Below, one piece after another: positions 45,980 through 55,320 of a stretch of 57,780 bases of DNA. Location: the sequence record DRR378314_1793; one strand, given 5' to 3'. The notes below the pieces were generated by a model that had not been told where the DNA came from, did no database searches, and was given only the letters and a program-made list of their open reading frames with translations. Made by a program: the position numbers and the translations under genes. Numbering within the stretch: position 1 is the stretch's first letter; every line of letters starts with the position of its first letter.

Positions 45980-46720
45980 ATGAGCTGGTTAGAACTATTA
46001 AATAATTTAGAATCAGGCGCCGTTCGCGCTGCAACACAAGACGAAAAAGGCCAATGGCACGCTAATATTGAAGTAAAACAAGGTATTTTAGAAGCGTTTA
46101 AAAACGGTACTAACACCGAGTTTGCCGGTGGTTTTGTTGATAAGCACAACTTGGCACCGCAAGAATTTACCGCCGAAAATGGCGTACGTATGGTACCCGG
46201 TGGTTCAAGTGTTCGCCGTGGTGCACACGTTGCTAAAGGCACAATTATTATGCCACCAGCGTATGTAAATATTGGTGCGTTTATTGACGAAGGCACTATG
46301 GTTGATAGCCACGCTCTTGTTGGTTCGTGTGCACAAGTAGGTAAAAACGTTCATCTAAGTGCTGCTGTGCAACTAGGTGGTGTGCTGGAACCAATTGGCG
46401 CAAGCCCTGTTGTTGTAGAAGACGATGCGTTCATCGGTGCAGGCTGTGTAATCGTTGAAGGGGTCGTTGTTAAAAAAGGTGCGGTACTTGCGCCAGGTGT
46501 GCGTTTATCAGCCACAATCCCAGTTTATGACTGCGTTAACGAGCGTCAACTAGATAAAGGCGAGCCAATCCCTGAGTACGCCATTGTGATCCCTGGCTCA
46601 CGCCCGGCTTCAAATGACTGGGCACGCGAGCAGGGCTTAAGCATGTCATGTGCATTAATCGTAAAATACCGTGATGAACAAAGTGATGCGTCTTTACTAC
46701 TAGAAGAGGTTTTACGTTAA
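45980..46720 (+). CDS. dapD: Tetrahydrodipicolinate N-succinyltransferase
   Basis: YVNIGAFIDEGTMVDSHALVGSCAQVGKNVHLS, GGVLEP, VEDDAFIG hexapeptide repeats. Confidence 0.92.
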   Translation: MSWLELLNNLESGAVRAATQDEKGQWHANIEVKQGILEAFKNGTNTEFAGGFVDKHNLAPQEFTAENGVRMVPGGSSVRRGAHVAKGTIIMPPAYVNIGAFIDEGTMVDSHALVGSCAQVGKNVHLSAAVQLGGVLEPIGASPVVVEDDAFIGAGCVIVEGVVVKKGAVLAPGVRLSATIPVYDCVNERQLDKGEPIPEYAIVIPGSRPASNDWAREQGLSMSCALIVKYRDEQSDASLLLEEVLR

Positions 46721-47925
46721 TGACCTTTTTGAGCACGCCAGTTAAAACCGCCATTGGTGAACTTTCGAGTAACCTCGATACCCCATTTTTTGTCTACGAT
46801 CTCGACTCACTAAATACACATTTAGCGCGTTTAGTGGCGCAAACCGAAGTAAAACTTTGGTACGCAGTTAAAGCCAACCCACTGTCTAAAGTCATACAAA
46901 GTTTAGATAACGCAGGCTTTAACTTTGATGTTGCAAGTAAAGGCGAACTTGAGCAAGTACTTGCTCAAGGTATTAACAGCGAGCGCGTGCTCAACACTGG
47001 GCCTGCAAAGAGCCCTAAACAAATTAAACACTTTATCGAGCGAGGAGTGCGTATATTTGTCGCCGAAAGTCTCAATCAAGTGCGTTGGCTAAATGAGCAA
47101 GCAATTGCAAAACAGTGCCAACTACAGGTGTTATTGCGTGTGCAATTACGTTGGCCTGAAGGTGAAAAAAACCCACTAGGGGGCGACAGCCTTACACCAT
47201 TTGGCTTAGGCTGCGATGAATGGCAAGCACTCAATACGAGTGATTACCCTGCACTTAACTTTGATGGCCTGCATATTTTTCAATGGGGAAATATGCTTAG
47301 TAGCGACAAACTCGCCCAGCTTTGGTCACAAATGGTCGCGCCACTACAGCAGCTAGCAAGCGATTTAGGTATTCATTTAAACGTGCTCGATTTAGGCGGT
47401 GGCTTAGGCATTCCTTACACGCTTGATGCACCAACTTTGAGTTGGGATGCGTTAATCGATGAACTTGCAAAAATTAAGCGTGATTCTGGCGTTGAAGAGT
47501 TATGGATGGAGCTTGGCCGTTATGCTGTCGGCGAATGTGGTCATTACGTAACCCCTGTTGTCGAGCGAAAATTAAATTATGGGCAACAACAAGTCATTTT
47601 AAGCGGTGGCATTAATCACTTATTACGCCCAGCGGTCACTAGCCAAGATTTCCCAGCGCGGTTATTACGTGATTCAACAGCACCAAACCAAGCAATGAGC
47701 TTATACGGCCCGTTATGTACTGCGCTTGACTGCTTAGGTGAGCATCATTTACCGAATGATTTAAATGAAGATGATTGGCTCGCATTTAGTCAATGTGGTG
47801 CTTATGGTTTTACTGAAAGCATGCCCTACTTTTTATGCCATGAACTTGCCGCTGAGTATGTATTACAAAACGGTAAATTATCCTGTATTCGCCAAGCAGA
47901 AGATGCCAGTCACTACTTAAGGTAA
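46720..47925 (+). CDS. Fold-type III PLP decarboxylase (Orn/DAP/Arg family; BtrK/SbnH-like rather than canonical LysA)
   Basis: YAVKAN PLP Lys, DVASKGE, DLGGG, ELGRY, GPLCTALD, GAYG; TAATG coupling to dapD. Confidence 0.85.
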   Translation: MTFLSTPVKTAIGELSSNLDTPFFVYDLDSLNTHLARLVAQTEVKLWYAVKANPLSKVIQSLDNAGFNFDVASKGELEQVLAQGINSERVLNTGPAKSPKQIKHFIERGVRIFVAESLNQVRWLNEQAIAKQCQLQVLLRVQLRWPEGEKNPLGGDSLTPFGLGCDEWQALNTSDYPALNFDGLHIFQWGNMLSSDKLAQLWSQMVAPLQQLASDLGIHLNVLDLGGGLGIPYTLDAPTLSWDALIDELAKIKRDSGVEELWMELGRYAVGECGHYVTPVVERKLNYGQQQVILSGGINHLLRPAVTSQDFPARLLRDSTAPNQAMSLYGPLCTALDCLGEHHLPNDLNEDDWLAFSQCGAYGFTESMPYFLCHELAAEYVLQNGKLSCIRQAEDASHYLR

Positions 47926-47930
47926 TTGAG

Positions 47931-49052
47931 ATGAGTAATACAACCCCAATCAGCCAAGAAAACATTGTCGTGGGTGAGGTTGCCAACGGCTTACCGCTAA
48001 CCATTCCGGTGTATCGTTTAAAAGGCGATGGCAGCGGACCAAGCGTTTATATACAAGCAAATATGCATGGCGCGGAAGTACAAGGCAACGCGGTCATTTA
48101 TCAATTGCTCGAACAGCTAAAGCAATTGAACTTAAAAGGTGATATCACTTTAGTGCCCTACGCGAACCCAATTGGTTGCAATCAAAAGTCAGGGGAATTT
48201 ACTCTTGGTCGCTTTGATCCAATTACGGGCACTAACTGGAACCGTATGTATCATTGCAACAGTCAATTAGCTGTTAACTTTGCAGAGCAATACCGTGATG
48301 CTGATGATAAAACCTTAAAAACAGCGTTTAAATCCGCATTGATAAATGAAATAGAACAACAGTTAGCCGGGCCAGATTATCGTTTAACCACAGGCAAACG
48401 TATTGCACTTAATTTACAAAAGCTCGCACACCAAGCAGATATTGTCCTCGACTTACACACAGGCCCTATTTCTAGCCAGCACCTATATTGCCCTGACTAC
48501 GCAAAGCAAAGCGCCAGCTATTTTAATATCCCCCACGTACTACTTATTCCAAATGATTTTGACGGCGCAATGGACGAAGCCAGCTTTTGTCCTTGGTGGC
48601 AATTAACTGAACAATTAGCAAAGCAAGGCCGTGAATTTAACGTACAAGTCGAAGCGTTTACTGTTGAGCTAGGTAGCCAAGAAAAAATCGATTTAAGCGC
48701 AGCATTGGATGACGCCAACAGTATTTTAAGTTATTTAAATCATAAGCAGGTTTTTGTTGATGCGCCCTTTCAACCAAAACAAATGAAGCGCTATGGCTGT
48801 CTGCTCGCTGACTACTTCGCTTACTACGCGCCCATGGGTGGCATGGTTGAATATATAGCCCCGCTTGGTGGCCATATTAAAGCTGGCGAGCCAATTGCTA
48901 AAGTATTACGAATGGAGCGCTACCTTAGTGAACAGCCATTACAAACCCTCACTCTCGATTGTGATGCCATTGCAATTTTGCACTTTGCCTCAGCAAGTGT
49001 GAATCAAGGCACCGAACTCTACAAATTTTTCACCAACGTATTTGAGCTTTAG
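47931..49052 (+). CDS. M14 succinylglutamate desuccinylase/aspartoacylase family protein
   Basis: HGAE Zn ligands, NP, NWNR, DLH, TVELG catalytic Glu, C-terminal lipoyl-like domain. Confidence 0.85.
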   Translation: MSNTTPISQENIVVGEVANGLPLTIPVYRLKGDGSGPSVYIQANMHGAEVQGNAVIYQLLEQLKQLNLKGDITLVPYANPIGCNQKSGEFTLGRFDPITGTNWNRMYHCNSQLAVNFAEQYRDADDKTLKTAFKSALINEIEQQLAGPDYRLTTGKRIALNLQKLAHQADIVLDLHTGPISSQHLYCPDYAKQSASYFNIPHVLLIPNDFDGAMDEASFCPWWQLTEQLAKQGREFNVQVEAFTVELGSQEKIDLSAALDDANSILSYLNHKQVFVDAPFQPKQMKRYGCLLADYFAYYAPMGGMVEYIAPLGGHIKAGEPIAKVLRMERYLSEQPLQTLTLDCDAIAILHFASASVNQGTELYKFFTNVFEL

Positions 49053-49120
49053 ATTCTTTAGAGCTCACCCCTTCTCATTGCGTGAGAGCACGATTATCCA
49101 AGTGGAAAAAGTGCATGAAC

Positions 49121-49146
49121 GAGCGGCTTCGGCCGCTTTTTCTTTG
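49121..49146 (+). terminator. Intrinsic terminator closing the lysine operon
   Basis: GAGCGGC-TTCG-GCCGCTTTTTCTTT. Confidence 0.88.
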
Positions 49147-49319
49147 TATTTGTAATCAAAAGGCACCAAAATTTATTAAGTTCAGTAACAATTCACAGAT
49201 CTTCTGTTAAAGTTGCTTGTGGACAGATAAACTGAATAAATACTTTCAGCCGCTTAAGCAGTGGCACAAGTCCACCAGCTCCACATAGACTCTCTATTTA
49301 GTTTACCAAAGGAATAATA

Positions 49320-50360
49320 ATGACTTGGCGCAATGGGATTTTACTTACTACGTTGTTATCAACTAGCGTGTTGGCACAACAAGCAGACCCACAAAAGACA
49401 AACGAACAAGACAGTGATATTGAATTAGTAAAACAATGCATCTTAAACGAAGCAATAGCAGGGGACGAAAACCAAACCCTAGCACAGCTTCGAAAAAAAT
49501 GTTCTGCACTAGATGAAACTAAGCAAATAACTGCGCTTGATAAACGCAAAGCACGTGAACAAGTAAGTCAAAAAAATCGCAATGTTATCACGCCCCATAA
49601 GCGTAACTATTTGCTGCCATTATCCTATGTATCAAATCCAAATACTCGCCCTTTTGGCCGACTAAACGAACTATCTGACGAACCCACCGGCGAGCAGCTT
49701 GATAACCTAGAAGTGAAGTACCAACTTTCAATTAAAGTACCGCTCTATAATGATTTTGCAGATGACGATCAAACTGTATTTTTTGGTTTTACCTTGCAGT
49801 CATTTTGGCAGTTTTATAACAACGAAATTTCATCGCCATTTCGCGAAACAAACTATGAGCCTGAAATTTTTTGGATTAACTACCTCGACCCTGAAAACGT
49901 ACTTTGGGGTGATGAAATGGCGATATCTATAGGGATGGTGCATCAATCAAATGGTCGTAGCCAGCCTAACTCTCGTTCATGGAATCGAATTTATGCTGAT
50001 TTCTTATGGGAGAAAGATGGCTTTGTATTTAGTTTCAAGCCTTGGTACCGCATTCCTGAAGATAGAAAAGAAGATCCTATGGAAGCCAAGGGCGACGATA
50101 ACCCAGATATATACAAATATATGGGCTATTTTGAGTTTGGTGGCGCTTATCGCTACGAAGAGCATGAATTTAGTTTTATGACACGCAATAACTTAAATTC
50201 AGATAACCGCGGTGCGATCCAGCTTGACTGGTCATTCCCGCTATGGGGCCGATTAAGAGGTTATGCACAATACTTTAATGGTTATGGTGAAAGCTTAATC
50301 GATTACAACGCGGATATTGAGCGCATAGGTGTGGGTATTTTATTAACTGATTTACTCTAA
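49320..50360 (+). CDS. pldA: Outer membrane phospholipase A
   Basis: KYQLSIK, SSPFRETNYEPE, HQSNG catalytic motif, SRSWNR, GYGESLIDYN. Confidence 0.95.
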   Translation: MTWRNGILLTTLLSTSVLAQQADPQKTNEQDSDIELVKQCILNEAIAGDENQTLAQLRKKCSALDETKQITALDKRKAREQVSQKNRNVITPHKRNYLLPLSYVSNPNTRPFGRLNELSDEPTGEQLDNLEVKYQLSIKVPLYNDFADDDQTVFFGFTLQSFWQFYNNEISSPFRETNYEPEIFWINYLDPENVLWGDEMAISIGMVHQSNGRSQPNSRSWNRIYADFLWEKDGFVFSFKPWYRIPEDRKEDPMEAKGDDNPDIYKYMGYFEFGGAYRYEEHEFSFMTRNNLNSDNRGAIQLDWSFPLWGRLRGYAQYFNGYGESLIDYNADIERIGVGILLTDLL

Positions 50361-50362
50361 AG

Positions 50363-50391
50363 AAAAGGCCAAGCAATCGCTTGGCCTTTTT
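50363..50391. terminator. Bidirectional terminator between pldA and yiiD
   Basis: AAAAGGCCAAGC-AATC-GCTTGGCCTTTTT. Confidence 0.88.
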
Positions 50392-50412
50392 GTTATTAGT
50401 GCTAAATTCAGG

Positions 50413-51306
50413 CTACTGAATGATTTTAAATGTGCCTTCAAACTCGGCTACAAGTAACTCACCGTCGTAAATTTCAACGGGCACTATGTAGCTTGCTTTA
50501 GAATCTGTTTCAAGCTCCACCAGTTTACCTTTACAAGCACTTAAATCGACACAGCCACGAGGATCGTTATTAAGTGGCTTTAAGTATTTAATATTGGCAT
50601 CGGCAAGCACAATATTACCTTCAAGACCGGCTTCTTTAAGCGCTAAATAAGTTGCGCCCCAACCTGTTAACGTCGCTAAGCTATAGATAGAACCTGCAAA
50701 CATCGTATTATGTAGGTTTAGGTTGGCGTTTAAATCAGCGCGTGTGGTAAATTGCCAATCAGTATAGCTTTCAACTTTAATTCCCATCGCATCACTGATT
50801 GGAATCGATTCGCGCCATGTATTTTGTAACACTTGGGTCCAATTAGGGTGACGAAACCAGCCAGGCTCAGACGGTTTTTGCTTGATCATTTTAAAGTGCT
50901 GCACATCATCGTAGGCTAGGTGTGCTTTTTCTTTTAACTCATAGCCATGGCGCTTATAAAACTCTAACGCGCGTTCACGTGCAAATAACACCAACTCATC
51001 AGCATCTTGCGTCCACGCTATTTTTTCAAGCTCGTGCAACAACCGACTACCAATATGCTGATTGCGATTTCCCTCAGCAACCGCCATATAACGTACTTGC
51101 GCTTGTTGCTGATTATTAAAATGTAAACGAGCAACACCAAGCACTTCTCCAGATTTATTTTTTATAAACCGATGTTCAGCGTCCTGTTCCAAGTCATCTT
51201 GTTCAGAGCCGCGCGGCTGCTGCCAAGGTGCACGTAATACCTGCCAGCGTAATTGATAATATGCCTGCCAATCTTCACTGCTTTGTGGCGTAGTTACCTG
51301 AAACAT
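50413..51306 (-). CDS. yiiD: GNAT + hotdog fusion YiiD (FabY/MadA-like)
   Basis: YYQLRWQVLRAPW, QVRYMAV (GNAT); IPISDAMG, NLNLHNTMFAGSIYS (YiiD C-terminal domain); near dtd. Confidence 0.88.
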   Translation of the reverse strand: MFQVTTPQSSEDWQAYYQLRWQVLRAPWQQPRGSEQDDLEQDAEHRFIKNKSGEVLGVARLHFNNQQQAQVRYMAVAEGNRNQHIGSRLLHELEKIAWTQDADELVLFARERALEFYKRHGYELKEKAHLAYDDVQHFKMIKQKPSEPGWFRHPNWTQVLQNTWRESIPISDAMGIKVESYTDWQFTTRADLNANLNLHNTMFAGSIYSLATLTGWGATYLALKEAGLEGNIVLADANIKYLKPLNNDPRGCVDLSACKGKLVELETDSKASYIVPVEIYDGELLVAEFEGTFKIIQ

Positions 51307-51500
51307 ACATTCTCCTGTTGTGCTATTACCGCATTAAACATATCTACCATCGATAAATAATATAAAGCAGCGTTTTTTATTGCGACCTACCATACGCTAT
51401 CTTTTAAAAACTTGGAATACGACTTTGGTGAGCCCTTATTTGAACTGTAAAACAAGCTTAACAGGCTGGCGGTTTATGTTGACTCGTCTAAGATACATAT

Positions 51501-52190
51501 ATGGAAAATTTAATTGTAAGTGCTGGCATTGTAAAGCATAGCTTTATCGAAGATTGCCATCGCATCGGACAGCTTATCTATTGGCACAAACAGGGTGCTG
51601 ATTGCATTCAAGTTCGCCAATACAAGCAGTTTCGCTGGTTACTCATTAACGATATATTACAGTCAGTGGTTGAAAAAAATAATCCAAGCCACCTATTGTT
51701 TCCACACTTACAATCGCTAGCTTGTTTATGGCTGCCTTTGACTAAACCCCAAAAAGTACTTGAGCTGGGCCTTGGAGCTGGCGCTATTCGCAATTATATA
51801 CAACACACTTACCCTGATTGCCAACTCACGTCTATTGAAAAAAACGCCAGTATTATTGATTGTTATAAGCGCTTCTTTGATGGTGTTAATGCCAGTAATT
51901 TAAAGTGTTCTGACGCTCAAGCAGCGCTTAGTCAAAACGCACAATATGATTGGGTTATTCTTGATCTCTTTAGTCAGCTAGATGCACCCGTTTTTTTATA
52001 TAAACACCATTTTTATGAAAAAATACGGGATGCGCTTAGCACTAACGGGCATTTATTTATTAACTTTTTATCAGCGCATCAATCACAACTCAAACAACTT
52101 GAGCAACTGTTAAGCGCCACGTTTGGCAAGCCCCCCAATATTGAAAAAATACCCGACTACACAAATCATATTGTCATGATAAGTAAATAA
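51501..52190 (+). CDS. Class I SAM-dependent methyltransferase, spermidine-synthase-like
   Basis: RWLL, QSV, VLELGLGAGA, YDWVILDLF, GHLFIN. Confidence 0.7.
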   Translation: MENLIVSAGIVKHSFIEDCHRIGQLIYWHKQGADCIQVRQYKQFRWLLINDILQSVVEKNNPSHLLFPHLQSLACLWLPLTKPQKVLELGLGAGAIRNYIQHTYPDCQLTSIEKNASIIDCYKRFFDGVNASNLKCSDAQAALSQNAQYDWVILDLFSQLDAPVFLYKHHFYEKIRDALSTNGHLFINFLSAHQSQLKQLEQLLSATFGKPPNIEKIPDYTNHIVMISK

Positions 52191-52195
52191 ACCTT

Positions 52196-52633
52196 TTAGG
52201 CCTTTAAATTGAATGTCACCGGACCATCGTTACAGAGGCTCACTTGCATATCTGCGGCAAATTCACCCGTTGCGACTTTTATTCCTTGAGACTGTGCCTG
52301 ACTCACAAAGTATTCATATAACTCACGTGCTTGATCTGGCGTTGCTGCAGATGAAAAGCTAGGTCGCATACCCTTTTTGGTATCTGCGGCTAATGTGAAC
52401 TGCGATACAACCAGCAACTCACCTTGAATGTCCTTTAAACTCAAATTCATTTTATCGTTTTCATCTGTAAAAATACGGTAGTTGCTCACTTTATGCAGCA
52501 GTTTATCTGCGACTGCTTTATCGTCGAGCTTTTCAACCCCTAATAACAGTAATATCCCTTGTTGAATTTGACCTATAACACGATTATCTACTTGTACATT
52601 CGCGTGTTTTACGCGCTGAATTAATCCTTGCAT
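52196..52633 (-). CDS. dtd: D-aminoacyl-tRNA deacylase
   Basis: IQRV, VSQFTL, RPSF, GEFAADM, NDGPVT. Confidence 0.97.
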   Translation of the reverse strand: MQGLIQRVKHANVQVDNRVIGQIQQGILLLLGVEKLDDKAVADKLLHKVSNYRIFTDENDKMNLSLKDIQGELLVVSQFTLAADTKKGMRPSFSSAATPDQARELYEYFVSQAQSQGIKVATGEFAADMQVSLCNDGPVTFNLKA

Positions 52634-53574
52634 TTATTCCTCGATAATTTGATAGACATAAGATCGGCAGCACGCCGCACTGCTGACAAATATACCTGAT
52701 TATCAACACCGTGCCCAATTTCATCTAACACAAATAGCTGTGCATTGAGCTGTTTTGCAAACTGTTGTACTACACTGAAACGGCAGACTAAATCATGTCT
52801 ACCGTGAATAAACCACATAGGTAGCTTATGCAATTTATGGCTATTTTTTACAATATAGCTTTCCTCAATAAAACAATTCTCGCTGAAAAAATGCACCATT
52901 AAACGAGCCATAAAAAGCCCTTGCTGAGGGCAGTTTAGCGCCCACTGCGGTGACTGTTTTCCTTGTGACAGAACAGCCTCCCATTGACACCACTGCTTTG
53001 CATAGTGACTGGCATGAATTTGATCATCGCCATATAAGTGTTGCTTATAAGACGCAAAAATACTTTTTACATCACGTTGGCTTTGTGAGAAGTCTTGATA
53101 TAGCTCAGGGTAAAATTGTGCCGCAGCACCACTTGGGCCATATAACCATTCAAAATCAGCGTGAGTCGCTAAAAATGTACCGCGTAGTATAAGTCCTGCA
53201 ACGTGCTTGTGATACTTAATTGCATACAGCAAGCATAGTGTTGCGCCCCATGATGCTCCACAAAGCGATAGCTTATCGATACCCAATGATTGTCTGAGGT
53301 AATTCAAATCCTCAATGAGATGGTCAGAGGTATTTTGACTTACTTGGTGAGGAGTAGACAGGCCACAGCCACGCTGGCTATATAAAATAATACGATAACG
53401 AGTGGGATCAAAAAAACGGCAATTATCGCGATTTAAACCAAGTCCTGGGCCACCATGGCAAATAATTACAGGAAGCCCATTGGGGTTACCATATTCTTGC
53501 ACATGAAGCTGATGACCCTCACCGACACTCAGATGAAAGTCATTATAAGGGGTAATGCTTGGGTATAACTGCAT
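52621..53574 (-). CDS. Proline iminopeptidase-like alpha/beta hydrolase
   Basis: GNPNGLP, HGGPG, QRGCG, GASWG nucleophile, GRHD, GH; start ATG 53574 after AGGAG. Confidence 0.85.
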   Translation of the reverse strand: MQLYPSITPYNDFHLSVGEGHQLHVQEYGNPNGLPVIICHGGPGLGLNRDNCRFFDPTRYRIILYSQRGCGLSTPHQVSQNTSDHLIEDLNYLRQSLGIDKLSLCGASWGATLCLLYAIKYHKHVAGLILRGTFLATHADFEWLYGPSGAAAQFYPELYQDFSQSQRDVKSIFASYKQHLYGDDQIHASHYAKQWCQWEAVLSQGKQSPQWALNCPQQGLFMARLMVHFFSENCFIEESYIVKNSHKLHKLPMWFIHGRHDLVCRFSVVQQFAKQLNAQLFVLDEIGHGVDNQVYLSAVRRAADLMSIKLSRNKCKD

Positions 53575-53605
53575 AACGCTGACTCCTGTATCAGCGGTGC
53601 AAATG

Positions 53606-54499
53606 TTATGTGTGTGGTGAGTCCGTTTCAAGTTGGATCTCGGGTGTATCTTCGATATTTTTAGGGCTAATACACACTGTAAATTCTGCACCTAGCAACA
53701 CGACCGTCCACGAAAGGTATACCCAAACAAACAAAATTGGGATGGTTGCCACTGTCCCATAAATTAACTCATAGGATGGAAAGTGACTAATATACAAAGC
53801 AAACCCTTTTTTGGTTAATTCAAACAAAACCGCAGCAAAAATTGCACCGGGGATCGCCGCCTTAAATGGAACAGGTGTATTTGGAACTAAAGTATAGAGC
53901 AAAATAAAGCCCGCCATAGAAATTATAAAGGGTAAAAGTTTTATTAAAAAGCCACTAAACCCCGGAATTCCTTGATCTGCAAATGAAACTAAAGAAACAA
54001 TATACGAAGAAATACCAATGCTGGCCCCTAATAAAACAGGCCCCAAAGTCAAAATCATCCAATATACAGAGAGTGAAATCATCAAAGGTCGTTTCTTCTT
54101 GATACGCCAGATACGGTTAAGCGTCGCATCAACATTTTTCATTAACAACAACGCTATTGCTGCTAAAAAGCTCACCCCTACCGCTGTCATCTGGTTAGCG
54201 TTACCTGCAAATGAACTCACGTGCTCTCTTATTGCATCTGAAGACGCTGGCACAAAATTAGTGAACAAAAAGTTTTCAATCGCAACTCGCGTATCTTCAA
54301 AACCAGGGAAAGCTGAAAATATTGCCACTGCAACCGCAATTAAAGGCACTAATGAGAGTAATGTTACATACGCTAAATAGCCCGCATTAACTGTGATTTG
54401 GTCATCAATACAGCGGTTTAAATACTGCATCCACCAGCCCGGCTGCTGACGCAGAAATGAGCCTGCTTGATGCTTATAATGTGCTACCCTGTCGTTCAT
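53606..54499 (-). CDS. yihY: YihY/BrkB family membrane protein
   Basis: AGYLAYVTLLSLVP, LNRIW, YWMILTLGP, YELIYG, LLGAE. Confidence 0.92.
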   Translation of the reverse strand: MNDRVAHYKHQAGSFLRQQPGWWMQYLNRCIDDQITVNAGYLAYVTLLSLVPLIAVAVAIFSAFPGFEDTRVAIENFLFTNFVPASSDAIREHVSSFAGNANQMTAVGVSFLAAIALLLMKNVDATLNRIWRIKKKRPLMISLSVYWMILTLGPVLLGASIGISSYIVSLVSFADQGIPGFSGFLIKLLPFIISMAGFILLYTLVPNTPVPFKAAIPGAIFAAVLFELTKKGFALYISHFPSYELIYGTVATIPILFVWVYLSWTVVLLGAEFTVCISPKNIEDTPEIQLETDSPHT

Positions 54500-54585
54500 A
54501 AGTTAACTTTTTGCAAAATAGTTTTGATTATCATAGCAATCCACCACATAATTTAAAAACTAAACGGGAATTAAAAGGGATCTCA

Positions 54586-55242
54586 ATGAAAAAACTTTCA
54601 GTACTCAGCGCACCCTTACTTGCGTTAACAATGACCTTAACAGGTTGCCAATCTGCTTATTATTCTGCCATGGAATCTGTAGGCGTACACAAACGCGACA
54701 TTTTGGTTGACCGCGTTGAAGAAACTAAGGACTCTCAGGAAGAGTCTCAAGAAGAATTTCAATCTGCTTTAGATCGTTTATCTACCCTCATTAACTTTGA
54801 TGGCGGCGACCTAAAAGAAGCCTACGACCAACTTAATAGTGATTACGAGTCAAGCCTCTCAGCTGCCAATGACGTAACCACTAATATAAATAAAGTTGAG
54901 GACGTAGCAGAGGCATTGTTCGACGAATGGGCCGATGAATTAGAGCAATACACAAACGCCTCATTAAAACGCCAAAGCAATAAACAACTTAATTCAACCA
55001 AGCGCGATTTTGAAAAGTTATTACGATCAATGCGTAACGCCGAAAGCAAAATGGAACCTGTATTATCATCACTACGAGATAATGTTTTATACTTAAAACA
55101 TAATCTTAATGCGCAAGCTGTAACAGCAATTCAAGGTGAATTTACTAGCCTCAAACGCGACATAAAAGTGTTAATGGATGACATGAATAAGTCTATCGCT
55201 GATTCTAATAAGTTCATTGAGCAAATGAATAAAGCGGGATAA
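54586..55242 (+). CDS. DUF2959-like lipoprotein
   Basis: LTGC lipobox, YYSAMESVGVHKRDILVDRV, VLYLKHNLNAQA; start after AAGGGA. Confidence 0.8.
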   Translation: MKKLSVLSAPLLALTMTLTGCQSAYYSAMESVGVHKRDILVDRVEETKDSQEESQEEFQSALDRLSTLINFDGGDLKEAYDQLNSDYESSLSAANDVTTNINKVEDVAEALFDEWADELEQYTNASLKRQSNKQLNSTKRDFEKLLRSMRNAESKMEPVLSSLRDNVLYLKHNLNAQAVTAIQGEFTSLKRDIKVLMDDMNKSIADSNKFIEQMNKAG

Positions 55243-55294
55243 ACCAGAGTTCAGGTTATTTAACAAACCGCGAGTTGGTGAGTTAAGAAGTATT

Positions 55295-55320
55295 AAGCCT
55301 GCAATTTTGCAGGCTTTTTT
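55295..55320 (+). terminator. Intrinsic terminator
   Basis: AAGCCTGCA-ATTT-TGCAGGCTTTTTT. Confidence 0.85.

Noticed and set aside
51501-52190. speE partner for speD
   Set aside because: Lacks the GGGDG aminopropyltransferase motif and is distant from speD; more likely a methyltransferase
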